64,000 bases of DNA, taken from assembly GCA_035390125.1 (NCBI GenBank), contig DAOOTD010000002.1:169908-233907 (forward strand). The letters run 5' to 3'. Every line of letters starts with the position of its first letter. Position 1 is the stretch's first letter. Origin of the DNA: Candidatus Moraniibacteriota bacterium (GTDB lineage: Bacteria; Patescibacteriota; Minisyncoccia; Moranbacterales; GWC2-37-73). Shown here in pieces: positions 1-8,749 of this stretch. Under the pieces are notes generated by a model. The model was not told the DNA's origin and did no database searches. It saw nothing but the letters and a program-made list of their open reading frames with translations. A program made the translations under genes and the position numbers.

Positions 1-272
1 TTCTTAATGATGATGAATCGTTGCTGATTAAAGTTTCTGGTATCGGTAAAAAAATTGCTAGCCGTCTAATATTAGAACTTAAAAATAAAGTCGCAGGCGT
101 TTCATTGGGTGAGAAGACCCAGATAACTGCCGATAGTGATGCTATAGAGGCTCTAGTTTCAATGGGTTATTCAATTTCTGATGCAAGAGAAACATTAAAA
201 GGTGTTTCACTAGAAGTTAAAGATGTCGGGGAAAGAATTAAAATTGCCTTGAAAAATTTAGGCAAAAAATAG
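1..272 (+). CDS. ruvA: Holliday junction DNA helicase RuvA, C-terminal fragment (5' end lies outside the window; in frame from nt 3)
   Basis: Frame-0 translation from nt 3 reads LNDDESLLIKVSGIGKKIASRLILELKNK, a HhH GIGKK motif followed by a RuvA domain III-like tail. Confidence 0.7.
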   Translation, partial: LNDDESLLIKVSGIGKKIASRLILELKNKVAGVSLGEKTQITADSDAIEALVSMGYSISDARETLKGVSLEVKDVGERIKIALKNLGKK

Positions 273-308
273 GAAAACATGCTATAATAAAAAAACAAAA
301 CTTGCATT

Positions 309-803
309 ATGGTTTATAAAAAAAATAAAATTAAGATGCAAACAATAAGAAGATATTTTTTTATGAAAAATAAAGGATCAATTCTCGCTTATTCGCTTAT
401 CATCCTGACAATGATGGTGGCAATTGTTGCTACCATGTCAATATCAACAATGCTTGAAAAGAAATCAGCTAGTTCTACTGATTTTTCTGTTCAGGCTTAT
501 GCTGCTGCAGACAGTGGAATTCAACTAGCAATAAAAAAAATAAACGGCAATATAAAAGATGAAAAAACAATAGAGCAATTGTTTTGCCCAACTGGCGATG
601 GTTGTGAATGCAAAGATGGAAAAGTGACGGGGCTTAAGGATGGCGGTCTGGACTCTTATGACATATCATTTTTTTCTGACGATGTTAGTGTTCCTTTAGG
701 CTGTGACATACCAGCATTAGGAGAAAACATAAAAAATATAAGAGCTTTAGGAAGATATAAAGATGCAATACGCTCAATAGGTGTTTCAGTGTCTTTGTTG
801 TAA
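309..803 (+). CDS. membrane-anchored PilX-N-like (pseudopilin-like) protein; likely start at the internal Met near 363
   Basis: N-terminal hydrophobic helix ILAYSLIILTMMVAIVATMSIS followed by AYAAADSGIQLA, which resembles the PilX N-terminal consensus. Confidence 0.4.
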   Translation: MVYKKNKIKMQTIRRYFFMKNKGSILAYSLIILTMMVAIVATMSISTMLEKKSASSTDFSVQAYAAADSGIQLAIKKINGNIKDEKTIEQLFCPTGDGCECKDGKVTGLKDGGLDSYDISFFSDDVSVPLGCDIPALGENIKNIRALGRYKDAIRSIGVSVSLL

Positions 804-856
804 AGCTATTTCTTCTTTATTGCAGCATTTTTATTGAATTGGAAAGTTTTTATCTA

Positions 857-891
857 GAAGGCTTTAATCAATCAAAGCCTTCTTTTCTTTT
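857..891 (+). terminator. rho-independent terminator (GAAGGCTTT-loop-AAAGCCTTC followed by a T-run)
   Basis: 9-bp perfect inverted repeat followed by TTTTCTTTT. It lies inside the 5' part of track ORF 839-1900, implying the real start of that gene is at 920. Confidence 0.5.
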
Positions 892-919
892 ATACAATTT
901 TATTGCTATAATAAATTCT

Positions 920-1900
920 ATGGATGAGAATAAAAAAAATGAAAATTTTCTGCAATCGCCGGAATGGCGGATGTTTCAGGAAAGTGTTGGAAAAAAAACT
1001 TTTATTGTTAAAGAAAGCGGTTTTTCAGCAAGCATTATCAAACATAGGTTGCCTATAATTGGGGCGTATTTTTATTGTCCTCGTGGACCAATTTTAGAAA
1101 AGGGGGATTTAAGACAAAATGTAAAATATATTGAAAAAATTATCCAATTAGCTAAGGAAGAAAATGCCAGTTGGATTAGGATTGAACCTGAAAATAATGA
1201 AATACTGGAGTTGCTTAGAGAAAATAAAAAAAATGTTATAGTTATGGCACCTCACAACATGCAACCAAAGCAAATTTTCATTATTGACATCTTAAAAACA
1301 GAAGAAGAGCTTTTAGCAGAAATGAGACAAAAGACCCGTTACAACATACATTTAGCAGAAAAGAAGCAATTGAAAATTTTCATTTCAAGAGAAGAAAAAT
1401 ATGTCCAGCGTTTTTGTGACTTAGTTAAAATTACTGCAAAGCGTGATAAAATTTCTGTTCATCTTGAAAATTATTACAAAAAAATGATTGAAAAAATTCC
1501 GGAAAATATGCTTAAACTTTATTGCGCAGAATATGAAGGTAAAATTATTGCAGCTAACCTGGTTGTTTTTTTTGGAAATACTGCAATTTTTCTTCATGGT
1601 GCCTCTGATAATGAGCACAGAAATGTTATGGCGCCATATCTTTTGCAATGGAAAGCTATTTTAGATGCTAAAAATAGTGGTTGTAAATATTATGATTTTG
1701 GAGGAATAAAAATGTCGAATGGATGGGAAGGCATTACAAAATTCAAACTTGGATTTTCACCAAATACCCAGCCAACTGTATTTCCAGGAAGCTATGACAT
1801 TATAATAAAAAATCGAAAGTACTTATTCTATAAGATTTTTAGTTTATTTTTTGGCATATATAAAAAAATAATTAATAAAATTAAGGTATTTTTTATTTAA
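920..1900 (+). CDS. FemAB-family peptidoglycan interpeptide-bridge aminoacyltransferase (track ORF starts at 839; Met at 920 preferred)
   Basis: Motifs FLQSPEWRMFQ, YFYCPRGPI and FLHGASDNEHRNVMAPYLLQW are typical of the FemAB/FemX family. Confidence 0.6.
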   Translation: MDENKKNENFLQSPEWRMFQESVGKKTFIVKESGFSASIIKHRLPIIGAYFYCPRGPILEKGDLRQNVKYIEKIIQLAKEENASWIRIEPENNEILELLRENKKNVIVMAPHNMQPKQIFIIDILKTEEELLAEMRQKTRYNIHLAEKKQLKIFISREEKYVQRFCDLVKITAKRDKISVHLENYYKKMIEKIPENMLKLYCAEYEGKIIAANLVVFFGNTAIFLHGASDNEHRNVMAPYLLQWKAILDAKNSGCKYYDFGGIKMSNGWEGITKFKLGFSPNTQPTVFPGSYDIIIKNRKYLFYKIFSLFFGIYKKIINKIKVFFI

Positions 1901-2001
1901 TATAAAAAGCTAGAATTAGTTGACTTTTTATTTTTTTTATAGTAAGTTTATCATTACCTAAAAAAGTACTTTAAATCTAAAAAAGAAAGGGGGTGACCTT
2001 T

Positions 2002-2646
2002 ATGGCGCTCAATATCTCAAAGGAAGAATTTGTTTGGAGTTATATAAAATATCATAATGTTCCTGTTTTCAAGCGTTCATATGAAGTTGCTCAATATTGT
2101 CATAGAAATCATTTCAGGCAGGATGGAACTCCATATTTTGGGCATCCAAATGAGCTTTGTTATGTTCTGCTTATTAACAATATGGAAGATGAAATCATGC
2201 TTTCTGATGGCATATGTCATGATATTGTTGAAGAATGCAGAGACCAAGAAAACATCATCATAACCAAAGAAGATCTTCTGAAGGAAATTAAAAATGACAC
2301 AGTTGTGGAAGAAACTTTCATTACCACCAAACCTTATAAAAAAATGACCCCTATTCAAATTAAAGAGTATTTTAGTCTGATAGAAGAAATCACCAGGTTA
2401 GTGGTCAATAAACATGTGGATCGCTTTATAAATATGCGAAGAAGCATGTTTGGAAATTTTGAAAGGGAAAGACTTGTAAAATATGATGTTGAAACGGTTA
2501 ACCATGTTTTACCTATGTCGGAGAGAATCATAAATAGTGGTCTATACCCCGAATATGAAAATATTCTAAGAATGTTAAGGAGCGGTATCAAAGGTTTACT
2601 AGAAGGCGTACGTGCCCAAGTTAAGCTTATGAATGGTAAGAATTAA
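2002..2646 (+). CDS. HD-domain protein, small alarmone hydrolase-like (RelA/SpoT-type HD fold)
   Basis: HRNHFRQDGTPYFGHPNELCYVL ... ICHDIVEE matches the H..HD metal-binding pattern of the (p)ppGpp hydrolase domain. GGGGG RBS lies 8 nt before the ATG at 2002. Confidence 0.45.
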   Translation: MALNISKEEFVWSYIKYHNVPVFKRSYEVAQYCHRNHFRQDGTPYFGHPNELCYVLLINNMEDEIMLSDGICHDIVEECRDQENIIITKEDLLKEIKNDTVVEETFITTKPYKKMTPIQIKEYFSLIEEITRLVVNKHVDRFINMRRSMFGNFERERLVKYDVETVNHVLPMSERIINSGLYPEYENILRMLRSGIKGLLEGVRAQVKLMNGKN

Positions 2647-2739
2647 TTTTTTATAAAAATAAATAAACATAATGGCTTGTTGATTATTCTGCAAGCCATT
2701 TTCCATTTTATTTACACCTAGGTTATAATTAGCATAGAT

Positions 2740-3984
2740 ATGAAAAAAATAATCCCACAATCTATAAAAAATGTCTATCATCTGAGTCAGGCGATTATGG
2801 CTAATTTTTTGTATGGCTTTCCATCGCATAGGATAAAAATAATTGGCGTGACAGGAACCAATGGAAAAACAACCACTGTGCAAATGATTGCTAAAATTTT
2901 AGAAGAAAATGGGTTTAAAACGGCAGTTGCCTCAACCATAAATTTTAAATTAGGCAGTGAAGAATGGGTTAATAAAACAAAATTTACAACACTCTCTTCT
3001 TTTGCTGTACAGAAATTTATAAAAAAATCAGTTCAGGCAGGTTGTAAATATTTGGTTTTGGAGACTTCTTCGCATTCCCTTGATCAATATAGAGTATGGG
3101 GTGTTAAATATGAAACTGCTGTTATTACTAATGTCACCAGGGAGCACCTAGACTACCATAAGACAATGAAAGAATACAGAAAGGTTAAATCAGAATTATT
3201 TAAAAAGGCCAATAATGCAATTATAAATTTAGATATGGAAAATCCGGGAGAATTTTTAAACATTTCTACTGGCAAAAAAATTACTTATTCATTAAAAAAC
3301 AATAAAGCTGATATTTTAGCGAAAAATATATCATTAAATCCATCAGGAACTAAATTTTCGGTTAAAAATACAGAAATAAATTTAAAATTGCTAGGAGAAT
3401 TTAATATAGAAAATGCACTGGCGGCTATCTGTGTGGGCATTTCTGAAGAAATAAACATGGAAATAATAAAAAATTCCTTAGAAAAAATAAAACTAGTGCC
3501 AGGTAGAATGGAAAATATCCCGAATAAAAGAAAGATTAATATTATTATTGACTATGCGGTAACTCCGGATTCTTTAGAAAAACTCTACCAATTAATAAAT
3601 CATATCAATACCTCAAGATCTAAGATTATTGCCGTGTTTGGTTCTTGCGGTGAAAGAGACCGCGGCAAGAGGCCGATAATGGGAGAAATAGTTTCAAAAT
3701 ACGCTGATTATATAATTGTTACTAACGAAGATCCATATAATGAGAATCCGATTAGAGTAATTGATGAAGTTGCTTCAGGGATTAGAAACAAAATTGAAGG
3801 AGAAAAGTTTTGGAAAATTTTAGATAGAAAAGAAGCAATTAAAAAAGCCCTGATTTTATCGAAAGAGGGCGATTTTGTTATCGTAACTGGCAAAGGGGCG
3901 GAAGAAACCATGGCGGTTGGTAAAAAAAGAATTCCTTGGAATGATAGGAGAATTATAGAGGAAGAATTAGAAAGTTTAAGCTAG
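2740..3984 (+). CDS. murE: Mur ligase family protein, MurE-like (UDP-MurNAc-tripeptide synthetase)
   Basis: P-loop GVTGTNGKTTT, ETSSHSL, NVTREHLDYH and a C-terminal TNEDPYNENP that is DNPR-like. Confidence 0.6.
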   Translation: MKKIIPQSIKNVYHLSQAIMANFLYGFPSHRIKIIGVTGTNGKTTTVQMIAKILEENGFKTAVASTINFKLGSEEWVNKTKFTTLSSFAVQKFIKKSVQAGCKYLVLETSSHSLDQYRVWGVKYETAVITNVTREHLDYHKTMKEYRKVKSELFKKANNAIINLDMENPGEFLNISTGKKITYSLKNNKADILAKNISLNPSGTKFSVKNTEINLKLLGEFNIENALAAICVGISEEINMEIIKNSLEKIKLVPGRMENIPNKRKINIIIDYAVTPDSLEKLYQLINHINTSRSKIIAVFGSCGERDRGKRPIMGEIVSKYADYIIVTNEDPYNENPIRVIDEVASGIRNKIEGEKFWKILDRKEAIKKALILSKEGDFVIVTGKGAEETMAVGKKRIPWNDRRIIEEELESLS

Positions 3985-4416
3985 CAGGCTTATAAAAACT
4001 AAAGTGAAAACAAATCCTAAAATTGCACCGACAATAACCTCACTAGTTCTGTGCCCCGTTCGTTCTTTCAAGCGAGGAAACTTGCTCTCATCGAAATTAA
4101 GTTGCTGTATGAGCATATTAAGGTAACGTCCCTGGTCTCCCAGGTACATGCGTATTCTTGTCGCATCGTCAATAATAATAAATGCTAGTGCAAAAGTTAC
4201 AGCAAATGAACCAGAGTGGAAACCTTCAAAATAGCCTACTGATGTTACTAGAGAAATTGCAAAGGCCGTATGAGCCGATGGCATGTGTCCATGAGTAAAA
4301 AGGTAACGAATATCCCAACCATGTTTTGTGCTATAAATTATAAATTTGATGGCTTGTGTAATAATACCGACAAAAACAGGAATAAGAAAAATGGCATAGG
4401 AAGTAATAAATTTCAT
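3976..4416 (-). CDS. DUF212 / divergent PAP2-like membrane protein
   Basis: Multi-TM protein with GHMPSAHTA (PSGH-type) motif. Confidence 0.45.
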   Translation of the reverse strand: MKFITSYAIFLIPVFVGIITQAIKFIIYSTKHGWDIRYLFTHGHMPSAHTAFAISLVTSVGYFEGFHSGSFAVTFALAFIIIDDATRIRMYLGDQGRYLNMLIQQLNFDESKFPRLKERTGHRTSEVIVGAILGFVFTLVFISLLA

Positions 4417-4552
4417 ATTTTTTTTGTATTATTTTCTTACTGGTTAAATTATAGCATGATTTTTAAGTTGGTGGTATAATAAATATATTAATAAATCCAA
4501 TCATTTAAGCGGTAAATATAAATTTCTTTACAACTTTAAATGATAAAAAAAT

Positions 4553-5104
4553 ATGAGTATTGGAATAATTATTTTAATCGTTGCAGCTTTTTTGGTTGTA
4601 GCAGGTATCGGAATTTACAATGGGCTGATAACATTAAAAAATCGCGTAGATGAGGCTTGGAGTGATATCGATGTTCAACTTAAACGCAGATATGATCTTA
4701 TTCCAAATTTAGTTAGTACTGTTAAGGGTTATGCGACACATGAAAGAGAGCTTTTTGAAAAAGTTACTGAAGCTCGTGCAGCTGCTATGGGAGCTGAAAC
4801 TCCTGCTCAAAAAGAACAAGCGGAAAATGTGCTGAGTGGAACACTAAAATCATTGTTTGCAGTGGCTGAGAATTATCCAGATCTTAAAGCCAATCAAAAT
4901 TTTCTAGAGCTACAAAGAGAGCTAACTGATACGGAAGACAAAATTCAGGCTGCTCGCAGATTTTACAATGGCAATGTTAGAGACTTCAATATTAAGATCG
5001 AAACAGTTCCAAGCAATATTATTGCTGGAATGATGAATCTTACTAAGCGTGAATTTTTTGAAGCTGAAGAAGGCGAAAAAGAAGCTGTTAAAGTCGAGTT
5101 TTAA
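4553..5104 (+). CDS. lemA: LemA family protein
   Basis: N-terminal TM helix followed by the conserved LemA core (NRVDEAWSDIDVQLKRRYDLIPNLV). Confidence 0.85.
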   Translation: MSIGIIILIVAAFLVVAGIGIYNGLITLKNRVDEAWSDIDVQLKRRYDLIPNLVSTVKGYATHERELFEKVTEARAAAMGAETPAQKEQAENVLSGTLKSLFAVAENYPDLKANQNFLELQRELTDTEDKIQAARRFYNGNVRDFNIKIETVPSNIIAGMMNLTKREFFEAEEGEKEAVKVEF

Positions 5105-5106
5105 TT

Positions 5107-6000
5107 ATGTCTACACTTTATAATCAAGCGGATAAAAATATCCGTTTAACTTGGATATATATCACCGGTTTTCTCGTGTTTGTGATTGGAGTTGGGTACG
5201 TTTTCGCGGGAGCGATGGGCAACAGCTCTATTCTTTATGGTGCTGTAATATTTTCAATTTTAATGAGTTTCGGTTCATATTGGTGGAGTGATAAAATAGT
5301 GCTGGGAATGAGCAGGGCTAAAGAAATAAGCCATGATAATAATCGGGAAATATTTCATATCGTGGAAAATCTTTGCATTACAGCTGGGCTACCGATGCCG
5401 AAAATATATATCATAGAAGACAGTGCTCCAAATGCTTTTGCAACAGGGAGGGATCCGAAACATGGAGTAATTTGTCTGACAACCGGAATAATACAGAAAT
5501 TGGAAAAGGTCGAGCTAGAAGGAGTAATTGCGCATGAACTTTCCCATATTGGTAACCGAGACATTCTTCTTTCCACAGTCATTGTTGTTTTAGTTGGTTT
5601 TATAACTCTTTTAGCTGATTGGTTTCGTCACTGGGCTTTTTTTGGCGGTAAATCACGTGATAGTGAGGGAGGGAGTCAACTACGTGCAATTTTGATACTT
5701 ATAGCTGTTGTTCTTTCAATTTTAGCTCCAATTGCAGCCATGCTAATGCAATTGGCTATTTCACGAAAAAGAGAATTTTTAGCCGATGCTTCAGGAGCAC
5801 TTCTTACGCGGCATCCTGAAGGCTTGGCGCGCGCTTTGGAAAAAATTTCAGTTGATCAGGAACCGCTAGAGGCTGCCAATCGTGCCACAGCCCATCTTTA
5901 TATTTCTAATCCTTTTAAGGGGAAAAAAGTTTCTAAATTATTCTTAACCCATCCTCCTATTGAAGATAGAGTAAAGGCTCTACGGGGAATGTCTGTTTAG
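5107..6000 (+). CDS. htpX: zinc metalloprotease HtpX (M48)
   Basis: HELSHIGNRD HExxH motif, 4 TM segments, and the usual LemA-HtpX pairing. Confidence 0.9.
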   Translation: MSTLYNQADKNIRLTWIYITGFLVFVIGVGYVFAGAMGNSSILYGAVIFSILMSFGSYWWSDKIVLGMSRAKEISHDNNREIFHIVENLCITAGLPMPKIYIIEDSAPNAFATGRDPKHGVICLTTGIIQKLEKVELEGVIAHELSHIGNRDILLSTVIVVLVGFITLLADWFRHWAFFGGKSRDSEGGSQLRAILILIAVVLSILAPIAAMLMQLAISRKREFLADASGALLTRHPEGLARALEKISVDQEPLEAANRATAHLYISNPFKGKKVSKLFLTHPPIEDRVKALRGMSV

Positions 6001-6003
6001 GAT

Positions 6004-6465
6004 ATGCAATGGAAAAAGCCGAAAAATACGGATAAATATTTTTGGACGCAGCACGTCCAGGAAAAAATGCATTATTACGGGCTTTCTGAGCAAAAAGTTT
6101 TGGGTGTGATTCGAAAACCGCAAAGAATTGAAACCGGAATTGCAGAAAATACAGTAGCAGTTATGATTCCAGTTGGAAATATTAAAAGAAATAAAAAACC
6201 TTCAATATGGAATCGTTCGTTTAACGATGATGGCGAACAAGAAAAATGGAGTCAGGAAGTTTGGGTAATGTACCAAACGAAAAATCAAAAAATAAAAAAT
6301 AAAGTAACAACGCAGAATTCAAAATTAAAAGAATTACAAAATAAAATAAATTCAAATAAAAAAATCACAATAATTTCAGCTTGGCGGTATCCTGGAGTGA
6401 GTCCGGAAAAAAATCCGATTCCTGAAGAAATCATGAGGGAAATAGAGCAAATTGGCTTAAAATAG
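6004..6465 (+). CDS. hypothetical Lys-rich protein
   Basis: ORF tightly following htpX; no recognisable motif. Confidence 0.35.
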   Translation: MQWKKPKNTDKYFWTQHVQEKMHYYGLSEQKVLGVIRKPQRIETGIAENTVAVMIPVGNIKRNKKPSIWNRSFNDDGEQEKWSQEVWVMYQTKNQKIKNKVTTQNSKLKELQNKINSNKKITIISAWRYPGVSPEKNPIPEEIMREIEQIGLK

Positions 6466-6553
6466 GGACATTTTAATAGCTATTATTATTTTAGTAAATA
6501 TGATAGAATATAAAAAGATAAGTTAAAAATATAATCTTTTAAAAATTAAACTT

Positions 6554-7114
6554 ATGGAAGAAAACACACAAAAAACAGAGGCTCCAAAACAAGAGTCTCA
6601 AGAACAAGCTAAAAAATCTGCGCCTGCGTCTGAACCAAAAGTTGAACAAAAAAGCGTGAAAGGAGATATTTCACAATTCGAAGCTTTTTTAGAAGAATAT
6701 TTAGTAAAAAAGGCTCCCTTTGCGATTCCAGCTGGTGGCAAAGAATTTATTGTTAAGGTTGCTCCGTATCTAATTATCATTTTTGCTATTATTGCAATTC
6801 CAGGAATTTTATTAGCATTGGGTCTTTCTACTGTTTTAGCTCCTTTTGCAATGGTTGGTTATGCGATTGGCCATGGATTCGGATTTCTTGCTCTTATTTC
6901 CCTCGTAATTTCTATAGTGGTAGTTGTTATGGAACTTATTGCTGTACCGGGATTATTTAAGCGAACCAAGGGAGGATGGAAATTGGTTTTTTACGCCAGT
7001 ATCGTAAGCTTGATTGGAAGTATAATTTCTGTAGCAGGTATCATAAGCGGAATTATAGGAGCAATTATTGGTTGGTACATTTTATTTCAGGTTAAAGAAC
7101 TTTATAAAAACTAA
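6554..7114 (+). CDS. hypothetical integral membrane protein
   Basis: Polar N-terminus followed by 4 to 5 hydrophobic helices. Confidence 0.45.
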   Translation: MEENTQKTEAPKQESQEQAKKSAPASEPKVEQKSVKGDISQFEAFLEEYLVKKAPFAIPAGGKEFIVKVAPYLIIIFAIIAIPGILLALGLSTVLAPFAMVGYAIGHGFGFLALISLVISIVVVVMELIAVPGLFKRTKGGWKLVFYASIVSLIGSIISVAGIISGIIGAIIGWYILFQVKELYKN

Positions 7115-7132
7115 GTTTTTTCATTCTGACAG

Positions 7133-7160
7133 CAAGCAGCCTTTCCGGGTTGCTTGTTTT
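7133..7160 (+). terminator. rho-independent terminator
   Basis: CAAGCAGCC-loop-GGTTGCTTG hairpin followed by TTTT. Confidence 0.45.
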
Positions 7161-7197
7161 GTTATAATATTACTGTATAAACACAAAAATATCTTAT

Positions 7198-8601
7198 ATG
7201 AAAAAACACACAAAAATTGTAGCTACTTTAGGGCTTGTCTCTGATAAAAAGGAAGTAATAAGAGATATGATTGAGGCTGGTATGGACGTGGCACGTCTTA
7301 ATTTTTCACATGGAAGTTATGAGTGGCATAGAGACGTTATCAAGATCGTCCGTGAACTTTCAGAAGAAATGCAAAAACCAGTAGGAATAATGGCTGATTT
7401 GCAAGGACCGCGCATACGCACATTAGTGGAGGCTGAAGTTGAAATAAATACTGGCGATAAAATTGCAGTAAGTGATATTGAAAAAGTCAAAGATGTAAGA
7501 CATAGAATACAAGATAAACAATGCTTTTTATTGGACATACCAAACATTATTGATGATATTGAAGTAGGTAATGAGATTTTAATTGAAGACGGATTAATGA
7601 AAGTTGTTGTTCGCGAAAAAGATAATAATATTTTATTAGCAGAAGTTATTGATGGAGGAATTATTAAAAATCATAAAGGTATTAATATTCCGGATGCAAA
7701 ATTACATATTGATCCAATTACCGAAAAAGATGAAAAGGATCTGGATTTTTCTCTTGAAAATGAAGTTGATTTTGTAGCCATGTCATTTGTGAGTTCCGGA
7801 ATGGATATTGAAAATCTTCGAAGTAGAATTGAAAAAATTCTCGGACGTACTGAAAATCTTCCGCAAATAGTAGCAAAAATCGAGCGCAAGGAGGCTATTA
7901 AAAATCTAGAAGATATTGTTGCTCATGCTGATGTAGTAATGGTAGCTCGTGGGGATTTGGGAATTGAAATGGATGAAAGTAAGGTCGGAGTTTTTCAGAA
8001 AGAAATCGTGGGTAAAAGCCTGCAAAATATGAAGCCGGTAATTATGGCGACACAGATGATGAATTCTATGATTGAAAATCCGCGTCCAACACGGGCCGAA
8101 GTCAGTGATGTGACTAATGCAGTCATCGATCATGTTGATGCCGTCATGCTTAGTGGAGAATCAGCCAGTGGTAAATATCCGGTAGAGAGCGTAAAGATTA
8201 TGAAGGAAATTATTGAAAACACGGAAGCTTCTCCTTATGATAATGTCGATCACTTGCTTAAATTAAGAAATGAAGAAGAATTTAATTCTTTCATAAAAAA
8301 TACATATAAATTAGTAAAAGATAAGAAAATAAAGGGCATTGCGGTGGCCAGTTTTTCTGGATTTACGGCACGCCTCATTTCCCATTTCCGTTTAGAAAAG
8401 CCACTTCTAGTTGCAACTAATAACAAAAAGACATATAATCAGCTATCCCTCCTCTGGGGTGTTGAAGGTTATTATACTAGCCAGGATAAACCCAAGCAAA
8501 TGCTGGAAGCCATGATGAAGGCAAAAAATCTGGATAAAAAGGAGGAAATTATCAGAATTGCTGGGAACACGCCACAAGGGGAAAAAATGAAATTAATTTA
8601 A
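7198..8601 (+). CDS. pyk: pyruvate kinase
   Basis: KIVATLG, NFSHG and MVARGDLGIEM motifs. Confidence 0.9.
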   Translation: MKKHTKIVATLGLVSDKKEVIRDMIEAGMDVARLNFSHGSYEWHRDVIKIVRELSEEMQKPVGIMADLQGPRIRTLVEAEVEINTGDKIAVSDIEKVKDVRHRIQDKQCFLLDIPNIIDDIEVGNEILIEDGLMKVVVREKDNNILLAEVIDGGIIKNHKGINIPDAKLHIDPITEKDEKDLDFSLENEVDFVAMSFVSSGMDIENLRSRIEKILGRTENLPQIVAKIERKEAIKNLEDIVAHADVVMVARGDLGIEMDESKVGVFQKEIVGKSLQNMKPVIMATQMMNSMIENPRPTRAEVSDVTNAVIDHVDAVMLSGESASGKYPVESVKIMKEIIENTEASPYDNVDHLLKLRNEEEFNSFIKNTYKLVKDKKIKGIAVASFSGFTARLISHFRLEKPLLVATNNKKTYNQLSLLWGVEGYYTSQDKPKQMLEAMMKAKNLDKKEEIIRIAGNTPQGEKMKLI

Positions 8602-8619
8602 CTTTTAAACCAAAAATAA

Positions 8620-8706
8620 GGAGAGGTCGCATAGTGGTCGAGTGCACCACCTTGGAAAGGTGGCATACTGGAAACGGTATCGAGGGTTCGAATCCCTCTC
8701 TCTCCG
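8620..8706 (+). tRNA. tRNA-Ser (anticodon GGA), long variable arm, no encoded CCA
   Basis: Hand-folded. Acceptor GGAGAGG/TCTCTCC, anticodon stem CCACC/GGTGG with loop TTGGAAA, T-arm GAGGG-TTCGAAT-CCCTC. Confidence 0.85.
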
Positions 8707-8749
8707 CTAATTGTTTGCTTTTTTCTCTAAAGTTCTTTAGTCTGAAAAT

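Noticed and set aside
4270-4479. Plus-strand 69-aa ORF overlapping the DUF212 membrane protein gene
   Set aside because: It overlaps a better-supported minus-strand gene and runs into the promoter region of lemA. No motif was found.
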